Below, in pieces: positions 9,073-18,766 of a stretch of 64,000 bases of DNA. How positions within the stretch are numbered: position 1 is the stretch's first letter; each line of letters opens with the position of its first letter. The notes under the pieces were generated by a model. That model had not been told where the DNA came from and ran no database searches. It saw only the letters and a list, made by a program, of their open reading frames with translations. Origin of the DNA: Cyanidioschyzon merolae (lineage: Eukaryota). Where the stretch lies: assembly GCA_000091205.1 (NCBI GenBank), contig AP006497.2. One strand, 5' to 3'. The translations under genes and the position numbers were made by a program.

Positions 9073-11607
9073 TCACTGGGTCCCGTGCCCGCCGTTGCTT
9101 CGCGCAGCTGCGTTTCTCTGCTGAAACTGCTGCAGCGTTGCCAATAACTGCTTGACTTGGTCCATATCGGCTCCAGGCGGTGCCGTCGATGGCTGGTTCG
9201 CCGCATAGGGTGCATTTCCGGAGAAGCCAGGATGCTGTGCATGCATCACAGGGGCATTCATGCCCGTCGGTGGCAACGAAGCCATGTATCCGGGGTAGGC
9301 ACGCTGACCGATGGTGCTCCCGGGGCCGTTCGAGGTCGCTTGCGGAGGTGCCGAGGGCTGCGGCTGCGGCTGCGGCTGCGGCGCTCCCGGGTGGCCGTAC
9401 AGATAGCCTGGCGGCATCGAGGCGTAGGGATAAGGCATGGTGCCCGGGGCCGCCACCATTGGATTCTGGTACCGGTACGCTGCTGCAGCGGTCGGGAGTG
9501 AGGGCGCTGGAGGCGTCATTCCAGGGACCACCCCGGACATCATCGATGAGATGTTGCTGGGATCCGCGACGGTCGGTGGCGAAAGCGCCATCGCAGCTGA
9601 GGCCACGGTGTACGCAGCGGGCGGCAGAGGCAAGTTAATACGTTCCTCGCGGAAGATAATGGCAAGCGCCTCATGAAAGGGTATGATGGAGCCTCCCCCA
9701 GCGTACTCGAATCCTGTTTTTTCATAAGTTCGTATGGAACACGTTCCCTTGGAGGCATCCTTGCTGCTAACCACGATCACGTAACGTACGCATTGTGCGT
9801 AGGCCTCTTTGAGCGCAGTGCCCAGGGAATCCGAGAAAATATACGCCACATCAGCTGAAATTCCAAGGCTGCGGATCACGTTCTGCATGGCGTGGGCCAT
9901 GGATCTCGACGTCGTTCCAATAACCAGAATGCGTACATAGGGTGCACCAGGTCTAGGTGGCGGCCGCGGGCCACCCGTTTCCAGCGCAGCTGCGTCACGC
10001 TTTCGCCACCCGCTGCTCTGCTGCAGGGGGCCTCGTTTGCCCTCGACAACGGGACCGGTGCTATGGTGTGCAGCTGCCTCCCTTCCGGTGGCACGGCGGG
10101 TGCCATGGTTGCCGCTGCCGCTGTCGTTGCGACGTCCGGACGCAACGCTTAGATCCAGGTGGCGGCCACCGATCAGGCGCCCTTGCTCGTAACGAATCGC
10201 GAGTTGCGTCGATTCCGGATTATCATACTGGATGAAGGCATAGGAGCGGAGCAGGAGTGGCTGCTCGATGATGCGGCCGTACTTGGAGAAAATGCTTATC
10301 AATTCAACCGGACTTGTAGTCTCTGACGCCAAGTTTCCAATAAACAGGCGTGCGTCGTTGGTGCCTTCTGGATGCCGCCTCGGCAGCGTCTGTATGTATT
10401 CAGCCGCCTCTTTCAAACTCAAGGCTGGTCGCAGCTTACTGGAATCATCATCCTCCAGTTTGTTCCATTCCGCTTCAGATTTCTCGGGCACGGCTGGCGT
10501 CGGCTGCAGGTCGTGTGCTGTCGAGGCCTCCTCTTGAGCGCCTCCTGTGGAGGGTTCTGCGGACTCCTCTTCGGATGTGGACTGGTTAGGGGCTGGTGCG
10601 GCCAGCTCCGTTTGATCGGATGCGACATTCTCGTGGAAGGCGCTTCCTTTGGATCGGCGTGGAATGCTTGCTCCAAATGATACCGGGGACGACTCTGCCG
10701 CTCCAGAAACGGCTTCTGTTAGACCTGTCCCGTCCTCGAGAGTGACTGTTGCCTCTGCCACGCTGCCTGACTTTGTCTCCACTGCGTCGGTTTTCTGGCG
10801 CTTACGGCGAACGACAGGCGGAAGACTATCGTCATCGAGCAGGTCGTCGTGCTCGATGCTGGCCCTCTCGATGGTGTCATCGTCGTTCAGGGTCACCTCA
10901 TCGGTATCATCGTCGACGACGGCCGATGGTGGAACTGGTGACCCCCGAACCTGTTCATCCAACGAAGAGTGCATCGAAGGCGTGGTGTCGACGCGATTCC
11001 GGAGCTCCTGTGCAGCTTCCGCTGATGAAAAGCCATTTTTGGAGACGGACTCGACAGCGGCGACGGCGGACTGTAATGGGGTTGCCTCAGCATCTTGCGC
11101 CTCAGCGCTGCAGTGCCCATGCGGGCTCGTAGCGCTCGGTAGATCTAGGGCAGTTTGCTCCTGCTCCGGTAACCCGAGGCACACTGGCCTGGCTGGTGAC
11201 TCCTCTGACGACAGCACTGCGGATGTAGCCGCCATCGCATCCCCCTCGCTCTTCCCACATTCCGCAGTCGGCTTCGGGTCAGTCGTATGCTCGGTGCAAG
11301 CTGGGCGTTCGTCTCGAGAGCTGGACGCCACCGGGCTGGTTTCGTGGGCACCGACGGACATGGGCCCAACCGGGTCCTCCACCCCGACAGCGGAAGCGCG
11401 CTGGGTTTCCGGTGAAGCTGGTTCCTTAGAAATCGGGTCTGAGGCCTCCTGTTGCTCAAAGGTTAGCTCTTCTGGTATGGCGGTAACGTTTTTCACAGTG
11501 TCCTCTTGGACTTTAGACTCGCCGTCGTCGTCGTGATGGTGGTGAGCAGCGGGCGCTGGCTCCTCCGCAGCTTGCGCGTCATTGCGCAGACGACGCCCGC
11601 GAGGCAT
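9073..11607 (-). CDS. RRM-domain RNA-binding protein with a long low-complexity N-terminal region and a P/Q/A-rich C-terminus that includes PQPQPQ.
   Basis: The RRM signature is LFIGNLASETTSPVELISIFSKYGRIIEQ...YAFIQYDNPESTQLAIRYEQGRLIGGRHLDLSVA. The track start at 11652 is TTG. The first ATG (MPRGRRL) is at 11607. The antisense ORF at 10649-11536 is treated as a GC-bias artefact. Confidence 0.6.
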   Translation of the reverse strand: MPRGRRLRNDAQAAEEPAPAAHHHHDDDGESKVQEDTVKNVTAIPEELTFEQQEASDPISKEPASPETQRASAVGVEDPVGPMSVGAHETSPVASSSRDERPACTEHTTDPKPTAECGKSEGDAMAATSAVLSSEESPARPVCLGLPEQEQTALDLPSATSPHGHCSAEAQDAEATPLQSAVAAVESVSKNGFSSAEAAQELRNRVDTTPSMHSSLDEQVRGSPVPPSAVVDDDTDEVTLNDDDTIERASIEHDDLLDDDSLPPVVRRKRQKTDAVETKSGSVAEATVTLEDGTGLTEAVSGAAESSPVSFGASIPRRSKGSAFHENVASDQTELAAPAPNQSTSEEESAEPSTGGAQEEASTAHDLQPTPAVPEKSEAEWNKLEDDDSSKLRPALSLKEAAEYIQTLPRRHPEGTNDARLFIGNLASETTSPVELISIFSKYGRIIEQPLLLRSYAFIQYDNPESTQLAIRYEQGRLIGGRHLDLSVASGRRNDSGSGNHGTRRATGREAAAHHSTGPVVEGKRGPLQQSSGWRKRDAAALETGGPRPPPRPGAPYVRILVIGTTSRSMAHAMQNVIRSLGISADVAYIFSDSLGTALKEAYAQCVRYVIVVSSKDASKGTCSIRTYEKTGFEYAGGGSIIPFHEALAIIFREERINLPLPPAAYTVASAAMALSPPTVADPSNISSMMSGVVPGMTPPAPSLPTAAAAYRYQNPMVAAPGTMPYPYASMPPGYLYGHPGAPQPQPQPQPSAPPQATSNGPGSTIGQRAYPGYMASLPPTGMNAPVMHAQHPGFSGNAPYAANQPSTAPPGADMDQVKQLLATLQQFQQRNAAARSNGGHGTQ

Positions 11608-12395
11608 AATTAACACGTGGACGGTGCTGCTTCTTCCTCCTAAGTAAAACAATCACCACAGATGCTTAGCGCTTGGCACCCTGGGCTGAAGCGGAAAGCT
11701 CTGCGCTTTACCCTCTGAGAACGGGTGACTATGGTTAAACCCCTCGCGCTAGGAGCGCAACACGTCCCGCGTCGGTGATGCACGATACACTGGACGAGGC
11801 CGCGCCCTCCGAGGGGGCATGTCACGTCACGCGGAATGCGCGATCATCGATCGCCAAGGGCGCTGGCGCCCTCATGCGCATCGCGATCATCGATCGTGCG
11901 TAACGCACCCCGGCGGCGCGCGTGGATGTGCCAGGGCGCACGCGCGCGCCCTGGGATCGCGAATGCCCGCGAGGATCGGTGCAGCGAAAGAGTGTTGTGT
12001 ATATCCAATCATGGACAAAATTGTTGCGGTTGTGACTAGGGAACCCCAGTGTGATTCCGGCGCGCTGCTCGCTGTAGCTGTCGTCCGGAAAACTTGCTGT
12101 GGCACCTGGGCAGAGAGCGAAGGAGAGCCAGAGCAATCGCCGTTCTATAACAGGCAACAGCGATGCGTTGTGCAACTCGCGGGTAGCGCCGGGATAACAA
12201 CGTGGGAAGCACGTTGATCTGTGCAAGCTTCTGCATACGACATTAGACTCTGACTGAGACTGCGCTATCTATTACAGAGGTCTTCTGGATTTTTCCATAG
12301 CGCGCACCTTCATTGCGACCTCTGGACGCAGCTTCGGGTCGCTGCGCGTTTGCGAGCTGGGCGCTGGTCTCTTCGCGCTCAGGTTCCTCTGTGTC

Positions 12396-13244
12396 GTGAT
12401 GAAAGAGACTGAACAGGTGTCGGAAGCGCCACACGGCCTAGAAGGAGCCTGGTTAGACTTGACAAACAGAGTGCGCGTCTCCGGGGATACGGTGGAAGCG
12501 TGTTCGGCGTTTTCAATTGGTCCACCGCGTTGCCGCTGGCTGCTACAAGCGACAGACCGCGGCGTCAACTGTGCTGCACTGGATCACTACGTACCGCACA
12601 TATGCGGCACACACACGGAAACAGTGTATCACATTGCACACCATCGATATATAAAGAGGGCAGTTTGTGAGATACCGTTTTTCAGGTTTCACAAAGCTCG
12701 GATTCAAGTCTGCACGGCGAAAATCGCATGCACCGAACAGGTGCTTCCTTCGGCGGATACAGACTATCCTTGCCTGGAACCGAACGACTTGATCGTTGGT
12801 CCATCGGCGTTAAACCGTGCACCTCGGTACACACGCGCACAAGACAGCACGATAGAGGCCCTGATACTCATCGTCGTCGGGCCCGACGGCACGTCCGACT
12901 GGCGCGATGGCAAGCTCGATGATCGGCCGCCGTATCTGACACCCGCTGCAATCGAATCACTGGCGACCCGCTACCCGAACATGCGTCATTTGCTAACGAA
13001 TTTGCCATCCGTTGATCGCCGGCGAGATGGTGGCCTTGTCCGTAGCCACCGAGCGTTTTTCGCAACTGACTTTGCTGGAGATGGGACACCGTCCGAAAGC
13101 CCCCAGAAAACCATAACAGAGTTACTACGAGTGCCTCCAGACTGGCAATTGTACGACGATGCAGAAGGCGTTGTCTGTATCTCCCTCGCACCCATTGAGG
13201 GGCTCGATGCGATCCCCAGTTCCGTCTACTTTAAGAGTCACTGA
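12396..13244 (+). CDS. Possible cyclase-family protein, similar to kynurenine formamidase. The assignment is weak.
   Basis: The HICGTHTETVYHIAHH stretch loosely resembles HxGTHxDxPxH. The C-terminal pattern (ILIVVGPDGTSDW...SVDRRRDGGLVRSHRAFF...ITELLRVPPDW) resembles the cyclase fold. Confidence 0.3.
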   Translation: MMKETEQVSEAPHGLEGAWLDLTNRVRVSGDTVEACSAFSIGPPRCRWLLQATDRGVNCAALDHYVPHICGTHTETVYHIAHHRYIKRAVCEIPFFRFHKARIQVCTAKIACTEQVLPSADTDYPCLEPNDLIVGPSALNRAPRYTRAQDSTIEALILIVVGPDGTSDWRDGKLDDRPPYLTPAAIESLATRYPNMRHLLTNLPSVDRRRDGGLVRSHRAFFATDFAGDGTPSESPQKTITELLRVPPDWQLYDDAEGVVCISLAPIEGLDAIPSSVYFKSH

Positions 13245-13714
13245 TTTGCGGATGCAATGCTTCCGTGCTACACTCTGCGAGTTCGCTGCAACCAGCTTCA
13301 TTTGCCGATACCTAACATACTTGTAGAGCAGTGTCCACGAAGCGCATAATGCTAACAGCAGCCGGCGCTCGACGGCTACGTGCTATTGGAGCAGTCCGCG
13401 CGCCCCGTACGGACACGTACCATGGTAAACAAAGAACGATCGCCAGCGCGGGTGGCGCTCCACGAGGGCGCCCCGGAGCGTTCGCCGCCTGAGCGATCGC
13501 ACCGGCGACGCGAAGGCGCTCGAAGGGGACGCGTGCGTACCGCCGTGGCCAGATCTGTCCAAGGATGTTCATGATGTGGAAGGGGTTCTGAAGTTCGCAC
13601 TTCCCGATTGGCGCCTTGGCGGCGTCTCTGGTTCGTTGCGGCAGGCGACGTTCCCGCCCGAGTTTTACCCCTTACCCCACGGGGCTCGGTCAGCAGGCGG
13701 GCGTTGACCCGCCT

Positions 13715-14404
13715 ATGCCCAGAATAAAGCACACACCCGTAAATAGACCTCGTAAAACCCATCAGTGTGTGCACTGTGGGACGCTTTTTGCCACAAGTTC
13801 TCAACTTTGTCGCCATACGCGGACCGTGCACGAAGGACGGCGCGACTATCGGTGCGAACGCTGCGGTGCGGCTTTTACAACGAAACAGAGTTGTGCGACG
13901 CACGTTCACACGGTGCACGAAGGTGCGCGGGACTTTCTATGTTCGCTGTGTGGTTCGCGTTTCACGCAAAAAGGGGCGCTCACCGTTCATATTCGGACCG
14001 TGCACGAGGGTCATCGCGATCATCGTTGTGATATATGCGGGAACACGTTCACTGCGAACTCCAGTTTGAAACAGCATATTCGTGTTGTTCACGAGAACGC
14101 TCTCGACTGGGTATGCGGTAAGTGCGGCGCCAGGTTCACGAGCCGCAACGGTCTGAAATACCATCTGCGAACGGCGCACAGTGCACATGGCGGGCGAGAC
14201 TTTCCCTGTCCGCGCGAGGGCTGCGACCGCGTATTCACAAGCAAGGGCGGTCTTTTGAAGCATCTGAAAGCCCAGCACGATCGCGTGAAGGACCAAATCT
14301 GTGACCTCTGTGGAGCGGCTTTCGCGCATCGCACTCAGCTGAACCAGCATAGAAAGCGCGTGCACGAACAATCCCAGAGCCGGTCGAGTACCGCCCCAGG
14401 CTAG
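13715..14404 (+). CDS. C2H2 zinc-finger protein with about seven tandem fingers.
   Basis: The repeated pattern C..C.....F.......H.RTVHEG (HQCVHCGTLFATSSQLCRHTRTVHEG, YRCERCGAAFTTKQSCATHVHTVHEG, ...) occurs seven times. The track start at 13616 is TTG. The first ATG (MPRIKH) is at 13715. Confidence 0.8.
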   Translation: MPRIKHTPVNRPRKTHQCVHCGTLFATSSQLCRHTRTVHEGRRDYRCERCGAAFTTKQSCATHVHTVHEGARDFLCSLCGSRFTQKGALTVHIRTVHEGHRDHRCDICGNTFTANSSLKQHIRVVHENALDWVCGKCGARFTSRNGLKYHLRTAHSAHGGRDFPCPREGCDRVFTSKGGLLKHLKAQHDRVKDQICDLCGAAFAHRTQLNQHRKRVHEQSQSRSSTAPG

Positions 14405-14839
14405 TCGTTCAAAAGGATGATGGACGGCCCCTAGGTTGCAAGTGTCGCAGTACTGCGGCGGAGGCTTCTACGTGCTCTTTTCGGCTTGAGTGCCTTGTAA
14501 AATGCAAGTGTTTCCCTGGCATCATTTCGGATTGACGGACCTTTACGTGCGATCAGGGGATTTAGATTTGCGTGCACATCGCGCACAGCTTGGTCCGTTG
14601 GAGGCGGACCTGGATCCGAGTCCCATCTCACTGGATTGTAACTGGCGTCTATATTCATATCCACGTGTCTGAACTTGGCAACCACGTTATTGGTTGCTAA
14701 GCACCTTCAAGCGTTTGGCGACTTCGAACGGCACCTGGACTGTACGCGGCGGATGTTCACGCAAAGGCGGTCTGTTACTTGTCAGCGGAGGCAGTCCCTA
14801 TACTCAACGGCAACAGCATTTACACGGTTCGACCAGAGA

Positions 14840-15835
14840 TCAGAGTCGATCGAGGGTTTCGTCCTCTTCATATCGCGGCACATAACAGGAGAATTCGAAT
14901 TCCTCACCAGCGAAATGAAGCAGGACGAAATCCGTGAGCACGAAACAAAACGTCTGTTGTGGATGGACTAGACGCGCTTCGAGCGCATTCGCTAGAGCGC
15001 CCACCGGAATCTTTGCGCTTATCAGGTGATGCACGGCAGCAGCCGAGCTGTTATTATCGTCCGCGTGTCCCGGGGCAGCTGCTGAACCCGGAGGTGCATC
15101 GGGGCATTCACCTTCCACATACGCCAGTTTCAGTTCAGTGAATGTCAGACCGACTCGGATGGTTGTCGTCGGCACCGAGAGGCGAAGACGTGCCGTCGAT
15201 GATGTTTCTCGCTTCACTTCAATGCTTAAATGGGCACAGAGCGGTTCCATTTCTGTTATACTGTATCGATGAAGTGCTCGTAGGCGCTTCGCGGCAGCAT
15301 GGAGGCGTTCGGGGCAAGACAGCACCACGCCGCGTGCGCCAGCGGTCACCGGCGGCTCGCGTAGCTCCTGTAGGCGAGCTGGTGGCAGCACCTCCACGGC
15401 GACGTCCTGGATGATGTCCCATTCAGGTACTGTTGAATCGTGGAGGGCAATTTCCAGGCTAAGCACGGCACCGAGTTTGCGCCGCAAACGCAGCTGCACA
15501 AGCTGGCCCCGTAGCGCCGAACGCAGTGCCCCGCTGAGGCTTGTCGGTTCCAGCTGCAGAGCAATGTGATCCTGGGCCTTAGACTCGAGCTGATAGCTGG
15601 AAAACCAGGCCACCTTTTCTAACGAGGCCCATACCGCGAGGAGGTCGCCATCGCGCTCTCGATCACGGCCGACCAAACCGTCTCGATGTCCAGTGCTGGA
15701 TACAATAAACTCGATGCGATCGTCAGCGGGCGGCGTCAGGTGCAGAATTACCTGTCGGTGATACTTGGCGAGTACGTTCGATATGCTCACGAGCTCTGGC
15801 ACTTTCTCAAGCCGAAGCGCCGCTTTAAAGCGCAT
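14840..15835 (-). CDS. HUS1: Hus1-like subunit of the checkpoint clamp (9-1-1 complex).
   Basis: MRFKAALRLEKVPELVSISNVLAKYHRQVILHLTPPADDRIEFIV matches the Hus1 N-terminus (MKFRAKIVD...[25 protein letters not shown]). Similarity continues through LEPTSLSGALRSALRG.. and a C-terminal F.LL.F...E..Y.P pattern. ATG at 15835. Confidence 0.65.
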   Translation of the reverse strand: MRFKAALRLEKVPELVSISNVLAKYHRQVILHLTPPADDRIEFIVSSTGHRDGLVGRDRERDGDLLAVWASLEKVAWFSSYQLESKAQDHIALQLEPTSLSGALRSALRGQLVQLRLRRKLGAVLSLEIALHDSTVPEWDIIQDVAVEVLPPARLQELREPPVTAGARGVVLSCPERLHAAAKRLRALHRYSITEMEPLCAHLSIEVKRETSSTARLRLSVPTTTIRVGLTFTELKLAYVEGECPDAPPGSAAAPGHADDNNSSAAAVHHLISAKIPVGALANALEARLVHPQQTFCFVLTDFVLLHFAGEEFEFSCYVPRYEEDETLDRL

Positions 15836-18766
15836 GCGTCGACTGAAGTGAGAACCGGGAAAGTGTCGTTCATCCAAGGACGTGACCCGCTGGCAGGCGA
15901 CTCCGGCGTTGATCACCCCAATTCGCACCTACAACCATACGGTTCCTCGAGTGTCGTTGGCGCCAAAACGTGCACCTCGGGCAGCGTGCGCTGCATTGGA
16001 GCACCGCCTGCGATCTTGCGAATGGCGCCGCGGGCGGGCCTGGATGCATGCGTTTCATCAAAACTGCACACAGTACGCTGCTAGGTTTGTCCATGCCTTG
16101 AGCATTCTGGGAGCTTGTTTCAGATGTACCGTCTCTACATTCGACGTGCAGCAATGAGCGCGTACATGTTGATGGGCTGGTTCCAGGTTTTCGGTCGAGT
16201 TCTAGGGGTAGCTTCTTCGGTTATTTGCCGCAGGATTTCGTCACTTCATCGGAATCGAGATGATTCGTAATGCCATGGAGCAAGCGTCCACGAATGAACC
16301 CATAACAATATACAATGTTGGCATACAAGCCTGCAGTATTCTATGTTCCATTCGTGTCGTATGCTCCGATCACGTGTGGTTTACCGTTCGGATCTCTCTG
16401 CTTCGGGGCAACGCGAGGGCGCAGCAAATCGTGTCACTGGATCAACGAAGCGAGACGCTCGACATTGTCCGTTGAAGATCTCTTGAGAAGCGCACGCAAA
16501 AAGTTCGCTGCATTTGTTGCGTCCAAGAATCGATCCCGATCGAAAAAGAAATCATACTTGCTTCATGATTATCGGCAGCGCGGCACTCGACAGCAGCATG
16601 ATTTCTCACACGTGAAATGCTCCGAGAGGCTCCGCGTTCTCTTCTGTTTTGCATGGAAGAGAGCCGCGGGCTCGGTCCTCAGTGATTGCAGCTATCGCGT
16701 CCAGTGGAGTGTGTCTAGCCGATTTACACCATGTGAACGGAGCTGGTTCGAATTTTCTCGACATGTTCTCTAACCTGGGTTCTCCTTACGGTGCTTGTTT
16801 CCTAATGAATAAATTTGCGTTTCACAAATGCTCTACCGAAGGGCAGTGGGTTCGCTTCCGTGTGCAACGCGCAACATTCTTGCCAATGGAACCCTCAGAA
16901 GAAGCCCTTGATCCCGGGAGACGGCACCTGGCCCGGAAACCGAGGAGAGCATCGACTGGTACATTCCATCCCCGTGAAGAATATGTACCAGAAGATGAAG
17001 GAAGCTTTCATGAATCAAAGGGCGGCGCCCGGTGGAGGCATAGGCGTAGAAATCGTATAACAACACCCGACTAGAGTCCAGTGACACCGCTGCAAAGGGC
17101 GCAAAGGGCGTTTGTGGGCGAAGAAGCTGAATTCGGCGATGAAAGCGTATATTGCGACTGCCGCCTAATCTTCAAAAGCGTCCACAACAGCTTGAAGCAG
17201 CGAAATCAGAACTTGAGCTCTGCAATCAACATCTGTCGAGTGCTGAAACCGGAGCTGGAGCAACGTGAGAGACTGGCGTTATGAAGCTTCAGGAAAGGGC
17301 GAGGGAAAAAGCATTCGGGTCAAAAACCTAGAGAGACTGGTGTTGATGACAGTTCACAACGACCCAGGCATGACTTCTTACGCGCATGTTAGGTAAAAGG
17401 ACTCGTTCCATTTTATACCGATATCAGGAGAGTCGCGTTGACGTATATTTTGACCGACGAATCGTTGACAGGAACCCAAGATCACCTACGCCGCATCTGC
17501 TATCCGCATCTGGGAATGCGCCCATCATTCCGTTCCATACCGTCGGGTTATAGCTCCACCATTAACTTTATTCACACCTGATTGCGGAATGTTGGCAATG
17601 AGTGCATCCTGATTGTTGTCTGCATGGGGCTGCTTCGGAACCGTTCCGCGCAGGTTCTTACGCGTGGCGATGTGGACGGAACGCCACCCTCGTTCCGCTC
17701 AGAAGCATATCGAGATACGCACGATGAACCAGGAGTCTTACACAGAGCAGGGCTGCAAATGCGCAAGCACTGTATCATGCAGAGATGCCGCACGCTGGCG
17801 ATGCTGGTTCGAAGGATGACGTTCGCAGATTCGTATTCGATTTGACGCTGATCAGGCTGCGCAAGCATCGTCGTACTTCTGGGGGCAAACAAGCATCACC
17901 GGAACATGTATGAATCCGTCTTCGACAGGGCAAATTTTCCCACAATGTGACGAGCAGTGCATGCTTCGAGAGCCAACGCTTGCGTCGGAAAATACGCAAG
18001 CTGCTGTTACTGCCGCAAAGAACGCATCCATGATTTCTCGGCCGTTTCACTCCTTGATACTCAGTTTGTAGGCAACGGGGATTTATTCTGTTCAAGAAGG
18101 CACACTGGGGTTGCAGCTCACCCACATGCTCTGATCGATACAGCTGTGTTTCTGGGTCGGTGGTAAGCAGCCTCCGACACCGTTGTTGAAATGCATGAGG
18201 GCGGGAACGCCCCGTATCGGGGGCTCCGACGGTACACTGCATCCCCGAGAGCATCTTGTACGGTGTAAGGCGGATGGATCTGAACAGGTTGCCTTGGAGG
18301 TACAGCGCATGTCGGCAACCGGGACAACAGGCTTTACACTGCTCCAGACGTGGGTGTATTTCGCCAACGTCAGATCACGCTGCCTGCTGGGACCCATGAA
18401 AGCATCGTCCATCCAGCGACAGCGTAGATGCCGAACCTATCGAAAAGCGGCTGCTACGGCGCCATCTACGCTACTGCTGACGCTGTTCGAAGAGAAGACG
18501 TCCTTGCGGAACCCGAACTCAAGTCGACTGGAAGCGTGTCCGGGCGTAAGTGTGTTCCTTGCATTAGATCGCTGTGCAGCGGGTAACCTTCTGAAGACAT
18601 AGTGCTGCGTTTCTAATATCCAGGAGGTACCGGGCGCGCTAACCGCGTACTCACAAGACAAAGTTTTTCGGCCTATGATAGCGGCAGTGTGGTGTTTTCA
18701 CGCACCGGGTTTTCTGGAACTAGAGCCAACAGCGTGTGTGGGTTGTTCAAGAAAGGCTAGTGCTCT

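Noticed and set aside
10649-11536. 295-aa plus-strand ORF overlapping the RRM gene. Similar long antisense ORFs occur at 26088-27191, 56602-57294, 58376-59380 and 50435-51373.
   Set aside because: These have S/R/A/P-rich composition typical of antisense frames in GC-rich coding DNA. The opposite strand carries recognisable domains.
13616-13714. Track-annotated N-terminal extensions starting at GTG/TTG, for example for the C2H2, eIF3d, PAGM, TPT and RRM genes.
   Set aside because: The ORF caller uses bacterial alternative starts. For a eukaryotic nuclear gene I moved starts to the first in-frame ATG consistent with homologue N-termini.
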